Below are positions 25,600 through 36,157 of a stretch of DNA of 64,000 bases, one piece after another. The position numbers were made by a program, and so were the translations under genes. Within the stretch, counting starts at the first letter, position 1. The number at the start of each line of letters is the position of its first letter. The notes beneath the pieces were generated by a model, which did no database searches, was not told the origin of the DNA, and worked only from the letters and a program-made list of their open reading frames with translations. This stretch comes from Actinomycetota bacterium (GTDB taxonomy: Bacteria; Actinomycetota; CADDZG01; JAHWKV01), in assembly GCA_051005875.1 (NCBI GenBank), contig JBPCIX010000013.1, positions 7,252 through 71,251 on the forward strand. Direction: 5' to 3'.

Positions 25600-26949
25600 A
25601 TGTCTAAGCTTTTTGGCACGGACGGGGTGCGGGGAATCGCCAATACGGAGCTAACGCCCGAGCTGGCTTTGGCATTGGGCCGAGCCGCCGCTCAGGTCCT
25701 GGGGGGCGGGGCGAGCAGGCCGAGAGTAATGGTGGGCAGGGACACCAGAGCGTCGGGCGACATGCTTGCCTCGGCCCTTGCCGCGGGCCTGCTATCTGCC
25801 GGCGCCGACGTGATCCGGGGGCGGGTTCTGCCGACCCCTGCCGTTGCGTTTTTGGTAACTGAGCTTTCCGCCTCAGCGGGGGCCGTAATCTCGGCATCAC
25901 ACAACCCGTCGGAAGACAATGGGATCAAATTTTTCGGGTCCGACGGATTCAAGCTCTCCGACACCCAGGAGCAGCAAATCGAAAACCAGTTGGACTCAAA
26001 CTTTAGCCGCCCTACGGGCGCAGGAATAGGGCGGCTGGAATTTGTTCCGGACGCCAACGATAGATACGTGGACCATGCCCTTAAAGCCCTTGAGGGCCGC
26101 AGCCTGGCCGGGCTGAAAATTGTGATGGATTGCGCCCACGGGGCCGCATACAAGACCAGTCCCCAGGCCCTTAGCCAAACCGGGGCTGAAGTGATCGTGA
26201 TTGGCGATAAGCCTGATGGATTGAACATCAATGAAGGCGGCGGATCGCTCCAGCCCGAAACAGTCGCCGAGCAAGTCCTTGCCAGCGGAGCGAACCTCGG
26301 TCTTGCTCACGACGGCGACGCCGACAGAGTAATCGCCGTGGATGAAAAGGGACAAGTCGTCGACGGCGACGCGATGCTTGCGGCGCTTGCCCTTGAACTA
26401 TCGGGGGAAGGCAAGTTATTCGGCAACCAGGTTGTAACTACCGTCATGGCCAACCTTGGCTTTAGGAAAGCAATGGAAGGTGCGGGCATTTCGGTAATCG
26501 AAACGGCCGTAGGCGACCGATTTGTCCTTGAAGCAATGTGCCAAAACGGCGCCGTGTTGGGCGGTGAGCAGTCGGGCCACTTGATCTTTTTGAATTGGTC
26601 CACGACCGGCGACGGGCTGGTGACGGGCCTGAGGCTCGCGGGCCTTATGGCCTCGACGGGCAAGCCACTATCGGAGATTGCAGCTCAATGTCCGAGGTTT
26701 CCACAGGTTTTGTCGAATATCAAAGTAACGGGCAAAGAAAGACTCGCGAATTGTGATCCGATTTGGAAAGCTGTGGAGCAAGAGCAGATCAAACTCGGTT
26801 CGACCGGGCGGGTTCTTGTGCGGCCCTCGGGGACCGAACAGCTCGTGCGGGTCATGGTTGAAGCACCAGATGATTCGACCGCCAGTGCGGTTGCCAATCA
26901 TATTTCTCAGGTGGTTCGAGAAGAATTAGCCACGCTACCGGCAATTTAA
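25600..26949 (+). CDS. glmM: Phosphoglucosamine mutase
   Basis: FGTDGVRG, SASHNP, DGDADR, GGEQSGH, RPSGTE. Confidence 0.97.
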   Translation: MSKLFGTDGVRGIANTELTPELALALGRAAAQVLGGGASRPRVMVGRDTRASGDMLASALAAGLLSAGADVIRGRVLPTPAVAFLVTELSASAGAVISASHNPSEDNGIKFFGSDGFKLSDTQEQQIENQLDSNFSRPTGAGIGRLEFVPDANDRYVDHALKALEGRSLAGLKIVMDCAHGAAYKTSPQALSQTGAEVIVIGDKPDGLNINEGGGSLQPETVAEQVLASGANLGLAHDGDADRVIAVDEKGQVVDGDAMLAALALELSGEGKLFGNQVVTTVMANLGFRKAMEGAGISVIETAVGDRFVLEAMCQNGAVLGGEQSGHLIFLNWSTTGDGLVTGLRLAGLMASTGKPLSEIAAQCPRFPQVLSNIKVTGKERLANCDPIWKAVEQEQIKLGSTGRVLVRPSGTEQLVRVMVEAPDDSTASAVANHISQVVREELATLPAI

Positions 26950-26986
26950 GTGCGCCGGTGAGCGAAATAGCGAAAGTCCATCAGGC

Positions 26987-28819
26987 ATGTGCGGAATAGT
27001 TGGTTTCGTCGGCGAAACTCCGGCGCTCGGCGTTCTTCTCGAGGGGCTTAGATCACTTGAGTACAGAGGGTACGATTCCGCGGGAATAGCTCTGGTTGAT
27101 GATTCCGAGATTGAGGTAGTCAAAAGAGCCGGCAAGGTGGCCGAGTTGGATGAGGCCGCCAAGGGCCTGGCGAACCGGGCAGGTGTCGGAATCGGCCATA
27201 CCCGCTGGGCCACGTGCGGCGCCCCGACCGAGGCCAATGCCCATCCCCATGTCGATTGCAAGGGCCGGGTTGCCGTGGTGCACAACGGAATTATCGAAAA
27301 TCATCTGGAACTCCGAGATGATCTTGAGTCACAAGGGCACAAATTTGCGTCACAAACCGACAGCGAATGCCTCGCTCATCTTATTGAAGCCGAAATGGAT
27401 GCCGGTGGCGGTTTGCTTGAAGCAACCCGCTTGGCGTTGGCTAAGGTCGTGGGCTCCTACGCCATCTGCGTTGCCGCGACCGCCGAGCATTCCGGCTTTG
27501 TGGCCGCACGCAACGAGTGCCCCCTAGTCATCGCTTTGGGGGACAAGGCTAACTTTGCCGCTTCAGACATGGTCGCGGTTTTGGGGCAGACCCGCCGCAT
27601 GGTCACTCTTAAGGACGGCCAGCTGGCCCACTTGACCCCCGCTGGAGTCAAAATAATCGATCTTTCCGGCCAGAAGCATCCTGTCGAGGCCACAGAAATC
27701 GATTGGGACTATGAGGCCGCCGAAAAGGGTGGGTACGAGCACTTCATGTTGAAGGAGATCAACGAACAGCCCCAGGCCGTTAGAGAGACCCTGAGGGGAC
27801 GATCAGACGCTAACGGCCGCCTAAGGCTCGATGAACTTAGAATAAGCGATGAGGACATTCGCTCAGTAGACAAAGTATTCATAGTTGCCTGCGGATCATC
27901 GTTTCACGCTGGGCTTGTTGCCAAATACGCAATCGAGCATTGGACCCGGCTCCCGGTAGAAATCGATGTGGCCAGTGAGTTCCGCTACCGCGACCCGGTT
28001 CTGGATTCGAACACCCTGGTCGTGGGAATATCTCAGTCGGGCGAGACCGCCGACACCCTCGCCGCCACCCGGCACGCCGCCGATCAAAAAGCCAGAGTCA
28101 TCGCCATAACTAACGTGGTTGGGTCTTCCATCACGCGCGAAGCCGATGCCGTTTTGTACACCAGGGCGGGGCCGGAAGTTGGCGTCGCCGCGACGAAAAC
28201 CCTGAGCACCCAGATGACCGCATTATGGCTTCTTGCCCTTTGGATGGCACAAACCATCGGCACCGAATACCCTCAGGAGACGCGCAAGCTTCTGAACGAT
28301 CTCTATAGGATTCCGGACCAAATGAAACAAGTTCTCAACCAAGACTCTCTAATTCTGAAAATCGCCCAGCGCTACGCTGCGGCATCTACCTTTTTGTTCA
28401 TCGGCCGGGGTGTCGGGTATCCCGTGGCTCTCGAAGGCGCTCTCAAATTGAAGGAGCTTTCTTACGTTCACGCCGAAGGGTTCGCCGCAGGAGAAATGAA
28501 GCATGGCCCGATTGCCCTCCTGGAACCCGGTGTGCCGGTAATAGCTGTGGCGACGGCGAGCCGCACGCACGGCAAATTGCTCTCCAACATCGAGGAAGCC
28601 AAGGCCCGGGGGGCCGAAGTCTTAGCCATCGCCAACCCCCAAGACGCCGGAATTAAGAATCTGGCAGATGAGGTATTTGTTGTTCCGGAGACGTTCGAGC
28701 TGCTGTCTCCCATCATCGACGTGATCCCTCTCCAGCTTTTTGCGTATCACATAGCGCGCCTTAGATCCCTTGACCCGGACAAGCCGCGGAACCTTGCGAA
28801 GTCTGTGACGGTGGAATAA
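26987..28819 (+). CDS. glmS: Glutamine--fructose-6-phosphate aminotransferase
   Basis: MCGIVG, EYRGYDSAG, SQSGETADT, PRNLAKSVTVE. Confidence 0.99.
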   Translation: MCGIVGFVGETPALGVLLEGLRSLEYRGYDSAGIALVDDSEIEVVKRAGKVAELDEAAKGLANRAGVGIGHTRWATCGAPTEANAHPHVDCKGRVAVVHNGIIENHLELRDDLESQGHKFASQTDSECLAHLIEAEMDAGGGLLEATRLALAKVVGSYAICVAATAEHSGFVAARNECPLVIALGDKANFAASDMVAVLGQTRRMVTLKDGQLAHLTPAGVKIIDLSGQKHPVEATEIDWDYEAAEKGGYEHFMLKEINEQPQAVRETLRGRSDANGRLRLDELRISDEDIRSVDKVFIVACGSSFHAGLVAKYAIEHWTRLPVEIDVASEFRYRDPVLDSNTLVVGISQSGETADTLAATRHAADQKARVIAITNVVGSSITREADAVLYTRAGPEVGVAATKTLSTQMTALWLLALWMAQTIGTEYPQETRKLLNDLYRIPDQMKQVLNQDSLILKIAQRYAAASTFLFIGRGVGYPVALEGALKLKELSYVHAEGFAAGEMKHGPIALLEPGVPVIAVATASRTHGKLLSNIEEAKARGAEVLAIANPQDAGIKNLADEVFVVPETFELLSPIIDVIPLQLFAYHIARLRSLDPDKPRNLAKSVTVE

Positions 28820-29641
28820 GTGGCGAGAATTCTGGATACGATCCCCGCTTTTGAGCAGTTTGCTCGCAAGGCCGGCCTTGAGGGGCCGCTCATGCGTGAA
28901 GAGCTTTGGAAGAATATGTACCAGGCCGCACATAAGGATGTCTTCGAGGCATTTTTTGCTTCTCAGGGCGGGCGTGACGGCATGCACGCTCTGGCCCGCG
29001 AGCTTTCAAAGGTTCGCATGAAAGTGAATGAGGCCGTCCCAGAAATGCCAGGCCTTATTGAGCAGGTAGAGCCGAAGGTGCGGGCCCTTCTCGGCGTAGC
29101 TGAAGATCCGGCGCCCTTGCATGTGCTCATGGTCGGAACGTTTTCAACAAATGCATTCGTCGCTCGCCTCGGCGACGACGTCGCGCTATTCCACTGCCTC
29201 GAATGGTTTGCGGGGGCCGGGCCCACGAGCGTTCTGATCGCGCACGAAGACGCCCACGCGTGGCACCTTATTTCACTCGGCGAATCTCCGCCCGAGGATC
29301 TTGCCTACACGGCTTTTTACGAAGGTCTGGCAATTCAGGCTTCAAAAGCCGCCGTTCCCGACCGGCCCACCGACGACTATTTTTGGTACGGCGTCGCAGG
29401 CTTTGAAGAGTGGATGGCCGATTGCGAGAAGGACGAAAAAACTCTGCTCAAAAACTTCCGTCAATCTCTAAAGCGCGATGACGCCACCGAGATGTTCTTT
29501 GGTAACGGGTTCATCGAGAAAAAGTGGCGAACCGGTTACTACATTGCCGACTTACTTATGCGAAGAATCGATCGTCCCCTCGATGAACTCGTCAAACTCA
29601 CCATCGATGAGGGCCGAGAGGCCATTAAGGACGCTCTGTAG
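28820..29641 (+). CDS. Hypothetical protein, possible gluzincin-type Zn peptidase (DUF2268-like)
   Basis: HEDAH (HExxH) plus downstream EGLA; abuts the glmS stop. Confidence 0.55.
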   Translation: MARILDTIPAFEQFARKAGLEGPLMREELWKNMYQAAHKDVFEAFFASQGGRDGMHALARELSKVRMKVNEAVPEMPGLIEQVEPKVRALLGVAEDPAPLHVLMVGTFSTNAFVARLGDDVALFHCLEWFAGAGPTSVLIAHEDAHAWHLISLGESPPEDLAYTAFYEGLAIQASKAAVPDRPTDDYFWYGVAGFEEWMADCEKDEKTLLKNFRQSLKRDDATEMFFGNGFIEKKWRTGYYIADLLMRRIDRPLDELVKLTIDEGREAIKDAL

Positions 29642-29656
29642 CAAGTGTGCTGCTAG

Positions 29657-31186
29657 TTGCTCCAAGTCCTCACTCCCGAACAGATGAGAAGAGCCGATCA
29701 GGCCACCATCGATTCGGGAACACCTTCGTTTGAGCTTATGCGGTCCGCCGGCGCAGCAGCGGGCCGGGCGGCGGTGGCAATGATGGGCGGATGCTACGGA
29801 CGCCGGGTGGCCATAGTGTGCGGCAAGGGAAACAACGGAGGCGACGGTCTGGTCGCTGCGAACTACTTACACCGCCGCGGCGCGACGGTGAGGGCGATAC
29901 TCCTCGAGGATCCGTCGACGCTTACCGGCGACGCAGCCATAGCGCTCCGAACCTTGTCATCCGGAATCTATTCGCCATTTGACATCGCCGCTTTTGATCG
30001 AGAGGCCAAGAGGTCTAGCCTGGTAATCGATGCGCTGTTTGGAACCGGCTTTCGGGGCGCTGCCCAGGGCCCCGTGGCTGAAGCTGTGCAAATCATCAAC
30101 GATGCGGCGGTGCCAGTTCTGGCGATCGACATCCCTTCCGGCGTCGACGGCGAGACCGGCGCCATTTCCCGAGTCGCCGTTAGGGCGACCAGAACGATCT
30201 GCTTGGCGGCCCTTAAGCCGGGCTTGCTTCTCGAGCCCGGAGCAAGCTCAGCGGGCGAAATCGAAGTAGTGGACATTGGGGTTATTACTGCAAACATCGA
30301 AAACGCCGCCTCAATGCCTGTAGCAGCCGACGTCGCACAAGTCTTGCCGCCTCGCTCCCCTACCTCGCACAAGCGCAGCGTTGGCAAAGTGTTGGTCATC
30401 GGTGGGTCGCCGGGAATGTCCGGCGCCGTGGTGCTTGCTTGCACGGCCGCATTAAGGACCGGGGCCGGGCTGGTCTGGGCGGCCGTTCCCCGATCCATTG
30501 CCGACCAGGTAGGTCAAAGCGCGACAGAGGTCGTTGTCGCAGGCCTTCCGGAAACCCCAGATGGGGCGATCGAAGCAAGCGCCGTTGAACAGGCCCTAAA
30601 ACTGGCCGGCCAAGCCGACGCAGTGGTTTTAGGGCCCGGACTCGGCCGGGAAGACGAAACCGTAGAATTCGTGACCTTGCTCGCAGCAAAACTGGATAAA
30701 CCTTTGATTCTGGATGCAGATGGGATCAGCGCCTTTGCCGGCAGCGCTGAACAACTTCAGTCCGTAGCCGGGCCCGTGGTGATAACTCCGCACTCTGGCG
30801 AGCTTGCCGCTTTGCTCGGCACATCTTCGGCCTACATCGATGGGCTTCGAACCGAGAGCACTCTGAAAGCGGCATCCCTCACGGGTAAAACAGTCCTACT
30901 AAAGGGGGGGCCGACTCTGGTTGCCGATGCAAGGGGCAAGTTGGTTTTCGTCAACCGGGGAACTGCGATCCTGGCAACGGCCGGAACCGGGGATGTGCTG
31001 GCGGGTGTCATCGGCGGCCTGGCTGCAGGCGGCAGCCCGTTGTTCGACGCTTCCTGGGCGGGAGCGTGGCTGCACGGCGTGGCCGGCCGAGTGGTCGGCG
31101 AGCTGCAGGGCGACCGCGGGATGTTGGCCTCGGATCTCCTCAGGGCTCTGCCCGAGGTCATCAGGGAAGTTGAGTCCCTGAATTGA
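29657..31186 (+). CDS. nnr: Bifunctional NAD(P)H-hydrate epimerase/dehydratase
   Basis: CGKGNNGGDG, DALFGTG, DIPSG, ITPHSGE, ATAGTGDVLAG. Confidence 0.96.
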   Translation: MLQVLTPEQMRRADQATIDSGTPSFELMRSAGAAAGRAAVAMMGGCYGRRVAIVCGKGNNGGDGLVAANYLHRRGATVRAILLEDPSTLTGDAAIALRTLSSGIYSPFDIAAFDREAKRSSLVIDALFGTGFRGAAQGPVAEAVQIINDAAVPVLAIDIPSGVDGETGAISRVAVRATRTICLAALKPGLLLEPGASSAGEIEVVDIGVITANIENAASMPVAADVAQVLPPRSPTSHKRSVGKVLVIGGSPGMSGAVVLACTAALRTGAGLVWAAVPRSIADQVGQSATEVVVAGLPETPDGAIEASAVEQALKLAGQADAVVLGPGLGREDETVEFVTLLAAKLDKPLILDADGISAFAGSAEQLQSVAGPVVITPHSGELAALLGTSSAYIDGLRTESTLKAASLTGKTVLLKGGPTLVADARGKLVFVNRGTAILATAGTGDVLAGVIGGLAAGGSPLFDASWAGAWLHGVAGRVVGELQGDRGMLASDLLRALPEVIREVESLN

Positions 31187-32307
31187 GCCGCGACGTTGAT
31201 GCCCTTCCAACCTGGGCCGAAGTCGATCTAGGGGCAATAACGCGCAATGTGACTCGGCTGAAGAATCTGCTTACTCCCGCCACGCAACTCCTAACGGTCG
31301 TTAAGGCAGGCGGATACGGACACGGCGACACACAGGCCTCAGCCGCAGCCATCGCAGGCGGCGCGACGTGGCTCGGCGTGGCAAGGGTGCAAGAAGGCAG
31401 AGCCCTTCGTGACGCCGGCGTCGAATCGCCGATCCTGCTGTTGGCGGAACCACCTTCGGCTTCGGTGGCGGAAGTGGTGGAACTGGATCTCACGCCCACT
31501 CTTTACAGCGAAGCCACGGCCGACGCATTCACCGCAGCGGTCCGAGGCCGCTCGGGCAAAGTTGGCGTGCACCTAAAAGTTGATACCGGGATGCATCGCT
31601 ACGGTGTTCCTCCCGGCAGCGCCGCACATTTCTGGAACAGGATTGAGTCCAGCGGGTCTTTGGAGGTTCGGGGAATCTGGAGTCACTTCGCCGTCGCGGA
31701 AGACGTCTTGAATCCCTTCACAAAGCAGCAGTTTGAGCTGTTCATGGACGTACTCGGCTCCCTTGGGTCCCGGATCGACGGAGTAATTCGCCATATCGCG
31801 AACTCAGCCGGAACAATCACTTTCCCCCAAGCCCACCTCGATATGGTGCGCTCGGGAATAGCCGCGTACGGGATTCACCCGTCGCCCGACTTGACCGAAG
31901 AAATAGAGCTTGACCCGGCGATGAGTCTGAAGTCCCGGATAGGCCTCATAAAAAAGCTGCCCAAGGGCGAACCGATCTCCTACGGACAGCGTTACACAAT
32001 GCCAAACGAGGGCTTCCTTGCAACAATCCCGTGCGGATACGCAGACGGGATGCGCCGGGGGCTAACAAACAGGGGCGACGTCTTAATAAACGGCAAACGC
32101 TACCCAATCTGCGGGTCTATAACAATGGATCATTTCTTGGTAGATACGGGCACAGACGAGATGGCAATCGGAGACGAAGTAGTCATCTTGGGCTCACAAG
32201 GCAAAGAGCAAATATCGGCCCAAGAAATCGCAGACAACCTGGAAACGATCCCCTACGAAATAGTCTGCGGAATCAGCTCTCGAGTCCCCAGGATTTACCG
32301 CGGGTGA
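31183..32307 (+). CDS. alr: Alanine racemase
   Basis: VVKAGGYGHG (PLP lysine), HLKVDTGMHR, GYADG, TIPYEI. Confidence 0.97.
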   Translation: MSRDVDALPTWAEVDLGAITRNVTRLKNLLTPATQLLTVVKAGGYGHGDTQASAAAIAGGATWLGVARVQEGRALRDAGVESPILLLAEPPSASVAEVVELDLTPTLYSEATADAFTAAVRGRSGKVGVHLKVDTGMHRYGVPPGSAAHFWNRIESSGSLEVRGIWSHFAVAEDVLNPFTKQQFELFMDVLGSLGSRIDGVIRHIANSAGTITFPQAHLDMVRSGIAAYGIHPSPDLTEEIELDPAMSLKSRIGLIKKLPKGEPISYGQRYTMPNEGFLATIPCGYADGMRRGLTNRGDVLINGKRYPICGSITMDHFLVDTGTDEMAIGDEVVILGSQGKEQISAQEIADNLETIPYEIVCGISSRVPRIYRG

Positions 32308-32318
32308 CGGGTGGGCGG

Positions 32319-32368
32319 GTGCCGAACCAGGGGGCGGGCCGCGTGCCGAACCAGGGGGGGCGGGCCGC
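32319..32368. repeat. G-rich direct repeat x2 downstream of alr
   Basis: GTGCCGAACCAG(G)nCGGGCCGC twice, differing only in G-run length. Confidence 0.8.
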
Positions 32369-32577
32369 AGAACTCGCTGCCTGCCAGGGAACGATTTTGT
32401 GCCAACCCTATGCGCGGGTCCCCCAACTCTTCTTTTCTCAGCTCTCGTTGCCTTTTCGGGCTGGCCTGCAGCGAAACCTGCGGCCCACCCCTTTCTCCAG
32501 TTTGGCACGCGGCCTACCCCTTTGGCCGTGGTTCCGTTCCGGCTATAGCATTGGGTAACTTTTTGGAGGCGATTTAA

Positions 32578-33213
32578 CTGGTCTGGAATTCACTTGAGGA
32601 CGTTAGAAACGAGGCACTTGGCTGCGTTAAGTGTGGGCTGCACACGGGGCGGACTCAGGTTGTTTGGATTGATGGGAATGTTGATTCGGACCTTATGTTT
32701 ATCGGCGAGGCGCCTGGGTTTCACGAAGACCGACAAGGGCGGCCGTTTGTAGGCGCTGCGGGCAAGCTGCTCGACCAGATGTTGGCGTCGATCGGACTCG
32801 ATCGCACCCAGTGCACGATATGCAACGTTCTTAAGTGCCGGCCCCCCGGTAATCGAAATCCCTTACCCGTCGAGATCGAGACCTGCAACCCTTATTTGGA
32901 AGCTCAGATCAAATTCATCGACCCTCAGGTGATCGTCACCCTTGGGAACTTCGCCACTCGATTTATGCTCAAAAGCCAGGTCCCCATCTCGAGAGTGAGA
33001 GGGCAGAAATTCAAGCATGGCCGGGCTACAGTGATTCCCACATTTCATCCCGCGGCAGTCCTTCATGGGGGCGGAGCGGCCAAATCGCCTGCCATGGTCG
33101 CCATAAGGGCCGACTTCGGTCTCATCAGCGAAACGCTCGAATCCACAAGAAGCGCCGGGCAACCGGTCTTGGGAAAAGCCGAAGCGCCGATTGAGCAGGC
33201 TTCGCTCTTCTAA
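32578..33213 (+). CDS. Uracil-DNA glycosylase family 4 (Fe-S); probable CTG start
   Basis: GEAPG...E...[18 protein letters not shown]; the frame extends upstream of the ORF-track ATG to include CVKC...RTQVV; CTG follows GGAGG and an in-frame TAA. Confidence 0.92.
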   Translation: MVWNSLEDVRNEALGCVKCGLHTGRTQVVWIDGNVDSDLMFIGEAPGFHEDRQGRPFVGAAGKLLDQMLASIGLDRTQCTICNVLKCRPPGNRNPLPVEIETCNPYLEAQIKFIDPQVIVTLGNFATRFMLKSQVPISRVRGQKFKHGRATVIPTFHPAAVLHGGGAAKSPAMVAIRADFGLISETLESTRSAGQPVLGKAEAPIEQASLF

Positions 33214-33779
33214 TGTCAAACCAAAAGCTGGTCGTCGAAACCCATTCAGCCGGCGAAACCGCTCGGCTCGGAACGGCGCTCAGCCCAGTCCTCATACCTG
33301 GTGACGTCATCGTACTTTCGGGAGATCTTGGCGCGGGAAAGACTACTTTTACCCAAGGGCTGGCGGTTGGCCTCGGCATCACCGAGAACGTAACAAGCCC
33401 AACATTCCTATTGATGAAGGAGTACTTCGGGGGCCGTTACCCTTTGATGCATATGGATATTTACCGGCTGGAGCGGATCCAGGAGGTCATCGACCTGGGC
33501 TATGACGAGTTTCTTGACCCCGCCGACATTGTTGTCGTCGAATGGGGAGACATGGTGGAGCCACTATTGCCAAAAGACCACCTTCAAGTGATTTTGCGGC
33601 ATATCGATGACAACTCTCGCACCGTTGAGTTGGTCCCCAAAGGCGCCGACTGGCAGCCCCGGATGCAGACTGTCCGCATGCTTGTCAACGAGCTATTTTC
33701 CGCAGGCAGGAAGGCTGATCCCGGATACTTCGGTGACTTTGAGTTCGAAAACCTCTCCGGCCCCGAAGCCGCCAACTAG
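33213..33779 (+). CDS. tsaE: tRNA threonylcarbamoyladenosine biosynthesis ATPase
   Basis: [26 protein letters not shown]. Confidence 0.97.
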   Translation: MSNQKLVVETHSAGETARLGTALSPVLIPGDVIVLSGDLGAGKTTFTQGLAVGLGITENVTSPTFLLMKEYFGGRYPLMHMDIYRLERIQEVIDLGYDEFLDPADIVVVEWGDMVEPLLPKDHLQVILRHIDDNSRTVELVPKGADWQPRMQTVRMLVNELFSAGRKADPGYFGDFEFENLSGPEAAN

Positions 33780-34471
33780 TGCTGGTACTTGGGATTGAAA
33801 CCTCGACCCCTTGGGCTTCCGTCACGATTGGATCTGAACAAGGCATTATCGGATCCTGCCTGGTGTCCAGAGGTGCCTCGCACGGCGAATTCATCCTTCC
33901 CGCGATTGAGTTCTTGATGACCGAAACCAACATTGGATATAGGAATCTTTCCGCCGTGGCCATCGGGCTCGGACCTGGCCTATTTACCGGAATGAGAATT
34001 GGAATCGCGACGGGCAAAACGCTGGCTCAGGCCCTTTCGGTTCCAATAGTAGGCGTCGGATCCCTCGACTTGCTTGCCTTCGACGTGAGGTATTCGAGCA
34101 AGCTGATTTGCCCCGTTATAGACGCGAAGCGCAAGGAGGTTTTCTTTGCTTTTTACCGCCAGGTGCCGGGCGGAATAGCGCGAATCAGCAAGGAGTACAT
34201 GGTTGGGTCCCCGGAAACGTTGGTGGCGGAGATTGAAAGCGCCGGAGAAGAGGTTCTTTTGGTCGGGAATGGGGCATTGCTATACCAAAACGAACTAATG
34301 GAGGCCGGCAGAGTGGAGTTTGGATCAATCGCAAATGCTTTCCCCGGCGCCACTTCATTGGTGGAGCTTGCCCTTCCCCGGCTGTTTCGAGAAGACTTCG
34401 ACCGGCTGTTTGACCTGGAGCCGCTTTACATGCGGCGTACAGATGCCAAAATCAATTGGGACAGATTATGA
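33779..34471 (+). CDS. tsaB: t6A biosynthesis protein TsaB
   Basis: LGIETST, GPGLFTGMRIG, IDAKRKEVF, PLYMR. Confidence 0.96.
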   Translation: MLVLGIETSTPWASVTIGSEQGIIGSCLVSRGASHGEFILPAIEFLMTETNIGYRNLSAVAIGLGPGLFTGMRIGIATGKTLAQALSVPIVGVGSLDLLAFDVRYSSKLICPVIDAKRKEVFFAFYRQVPGGIARISKEYMVGSPETLVAEIESAGEEVLLVGNGALLYQNELMEAGRVEFGSIANAFPGATSLVELALPRLFREDFDRLFDLEPLYMRRTDAKINWDRL

Positions 34472-35040
34472 GCGCTCTTGCCCACGCCCCTGATTTCGAT
34501 GCGAATGACATCGAGCTTGTACCAATGCGTCGCCGGCACGTTCGGCCGGTCATGCGAATTGAATCTCAGGTTTACGAGCGGCCATGGAGCGCCGCCTTGT
34601 TCCTTCAGGAGATCGCTCGCAGAGGGGACCGCTTTTACGTTGTAGCCCGGTATGAGGCGGCCGTGGTCGGATACGGGGGCATCATGTCGTCGGGCCTTGA
34701 AGCCCACATAACCACCATAGCCGTCGACCCCGTTTATCACGGTCGCCACATCGGGATGAAACTCATGCTCTGCCTGATGGATGCCGCAATCGAGCGCGGC
34801 GGGCGAACCGTCTCGCTGGAAGTTCGTAAATCAAATGATTCCGCGCAAAATATGTACGACATGTTTGGGTTCCAGCCGGTTGGTGTTCGCCGCGGCTACT
34901 ACGTTGAGACTGGGGAGGATGCGATCGTGATGTGGGTCGACGGAGTTCACACCTCGCGATATGCCGATCGACTGGACGACTTGCGGAGCCGCGTAGAAGG
35001 TGGGCGTCACGATCGCGAAAACGATGAGGACGACTCGTGA
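34468..35040 (+). CDS. rimI: Ribosomal protein S18 N-acetyltransferase (GNAT)
   Basis: AHITTIAVDP, LEVRKSN, RRGYY...EDAIVM; ATG at 34468 overlaps the tsaB stop. Confidence 0.93.
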   Translation: MSALAHAPDFDANDIELVPMRRRHVRPVMRIESQVYERPWSAALFLQEIARRGDRFYVVARYEAAVVGYGGIMSSGLEAHITTIAVDPVYHGRHIGMKLMLCLMDAAIERGGRTVSLEVRKSNDSAQNMYDMFGFQPVGVRRGYYVETGEDAIVMWVDGVHTSRYADRLDDLRSRVEGGRHDRENDEDDS

Positions 35041-36131
35041 GCGCCACCGAGGCCACTATCCTGGAACTTCCAGAAGTTGAAGTAAAAACGTCGCCCCTGC
35101 TGGAAACAATCGAGCCAGACTCGGAGCCTAAACTCATTCTTGGAATCGAAACCTCTTGCGATGAGACTGCCGTCGCCATTGTTCGGGGCGACCGCGAGGT
35201 CCTGTCGAACGTCATCTCGTCGTCGGCGCCGCTTCACGAAAAATACGGCGGGATCGTTCCCGATATAGCCTCGAGAGCTCACGTTCAGGCGATCAACCCG
35301 GCAATTGAAGAGGCATTGAGCCAGGCCGACCTCACCTTGTGGGACCTTTCGGCAATTGCGGTAACAAGCGGTCCGGGACTTATCGGGTGCCTGGTAGTCG
35401 GGGTGGCGGCAGCCAAGTCGTTAGCGTCGGTTCTCGAGGTGCCGTTGATCAGCGTGAACCATCTCGAGGCCCACATTTACGCTAACTTTCTCGAGAATCC
35501 AGACTTCGCTCCACCTGCCATCGGCCTGATCGTTTCAGGTGGCCACACTTTGCTTGTGAGGATGCACGACCACGGACTATACGAAATCATCGGACAAACC
35601 CTGGACGACGCGGCCGGCGAGGCATTCGACAAAATCTCTCGTTACCTTGGGTTGGGGTTTCCAGGTGGGCCGGCAATTGAGCAATCGGCCCTAAAAGGCG
35701 ATCCCAACGCCATCAGGTTCCCAAGAGCAATGAGCGAGGACGGCTACAACTTTTCGTTCTCCGGCCCGAAGACTGCGGTGTTGAGCTACATAAACAAGTT
35801 GAAGGCAGACGGCAAAACCCCGGATATTCCCGATCTATGCGCGTCATTCCAGGAAGCAATCGTCGAAGTGCAGGTAACGAAAACCATCCGGGCCGCGCGC
35901 AACTTCGGAATTAAAACGGTGTTCATTTCAGGAGGAGTAGCCGCCAACCGAAGATTGCGAGAACTACTCCAGGCTGAGTGCACGAAGATAGGCGCAACAA
36001 TGTTCCACCCATCCCCCGTTTACTGCACAGACAACGCAGCAATGGTGGCCTGCTGCGGAGCCCATCGCTCTAAAAGAGGAATAAGAAGCGCAATGGACAT
36101 AACAGCAGACCCAAACCTCCCCCTAGCCTAA
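35037..36131 (+). CDS. tsaD: tRNA N6-threonylcarbamoyltransferase
   Basis: LGIETSCDET, HLEAH, VSGGHT, DDAAGEAFDK, TDNAAM. Confidence 0.98.
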   Translation: MSATEATILELPEVEVKTSPLLETIEPDSEPKLILGIETSCDETAVAIVRGDREVLSNVISSSAPLHEKYGGIVPDIASRAHVQAINPAIEEALSQADLTLWDLSAIAVTSGPGLIGCLVVGVAAAKSLASVLEVPLISVNHLEAHIYANFLENPDFAPPAIGLIVSGGHTLLVRMHDHGLYEIIGQTLDDAAGEAFDKISRYLGLGFPGGPAIEQSALKGDPNAIRFPRAMSEDGYNFSFSGPKTAVLSYINKLKADGKTPDIPDLCASFQEAIVEVQVTKTIRAARNFGIKTVFISGGVAANRRLRELLQAECTKIGATMFHPSPVYCTDNAAMVACCGAHRSKRGIRSAMDITADPNLPLA

Positions 36132-36157
36132 GCGCCGCCGATGGCTGGCGCGAAGAC

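Noticed and set aside
32500-32520. TGGCAC as a sigma-54 -24 box upstream of udg
   Set aside because: No TTGC at the -12 position
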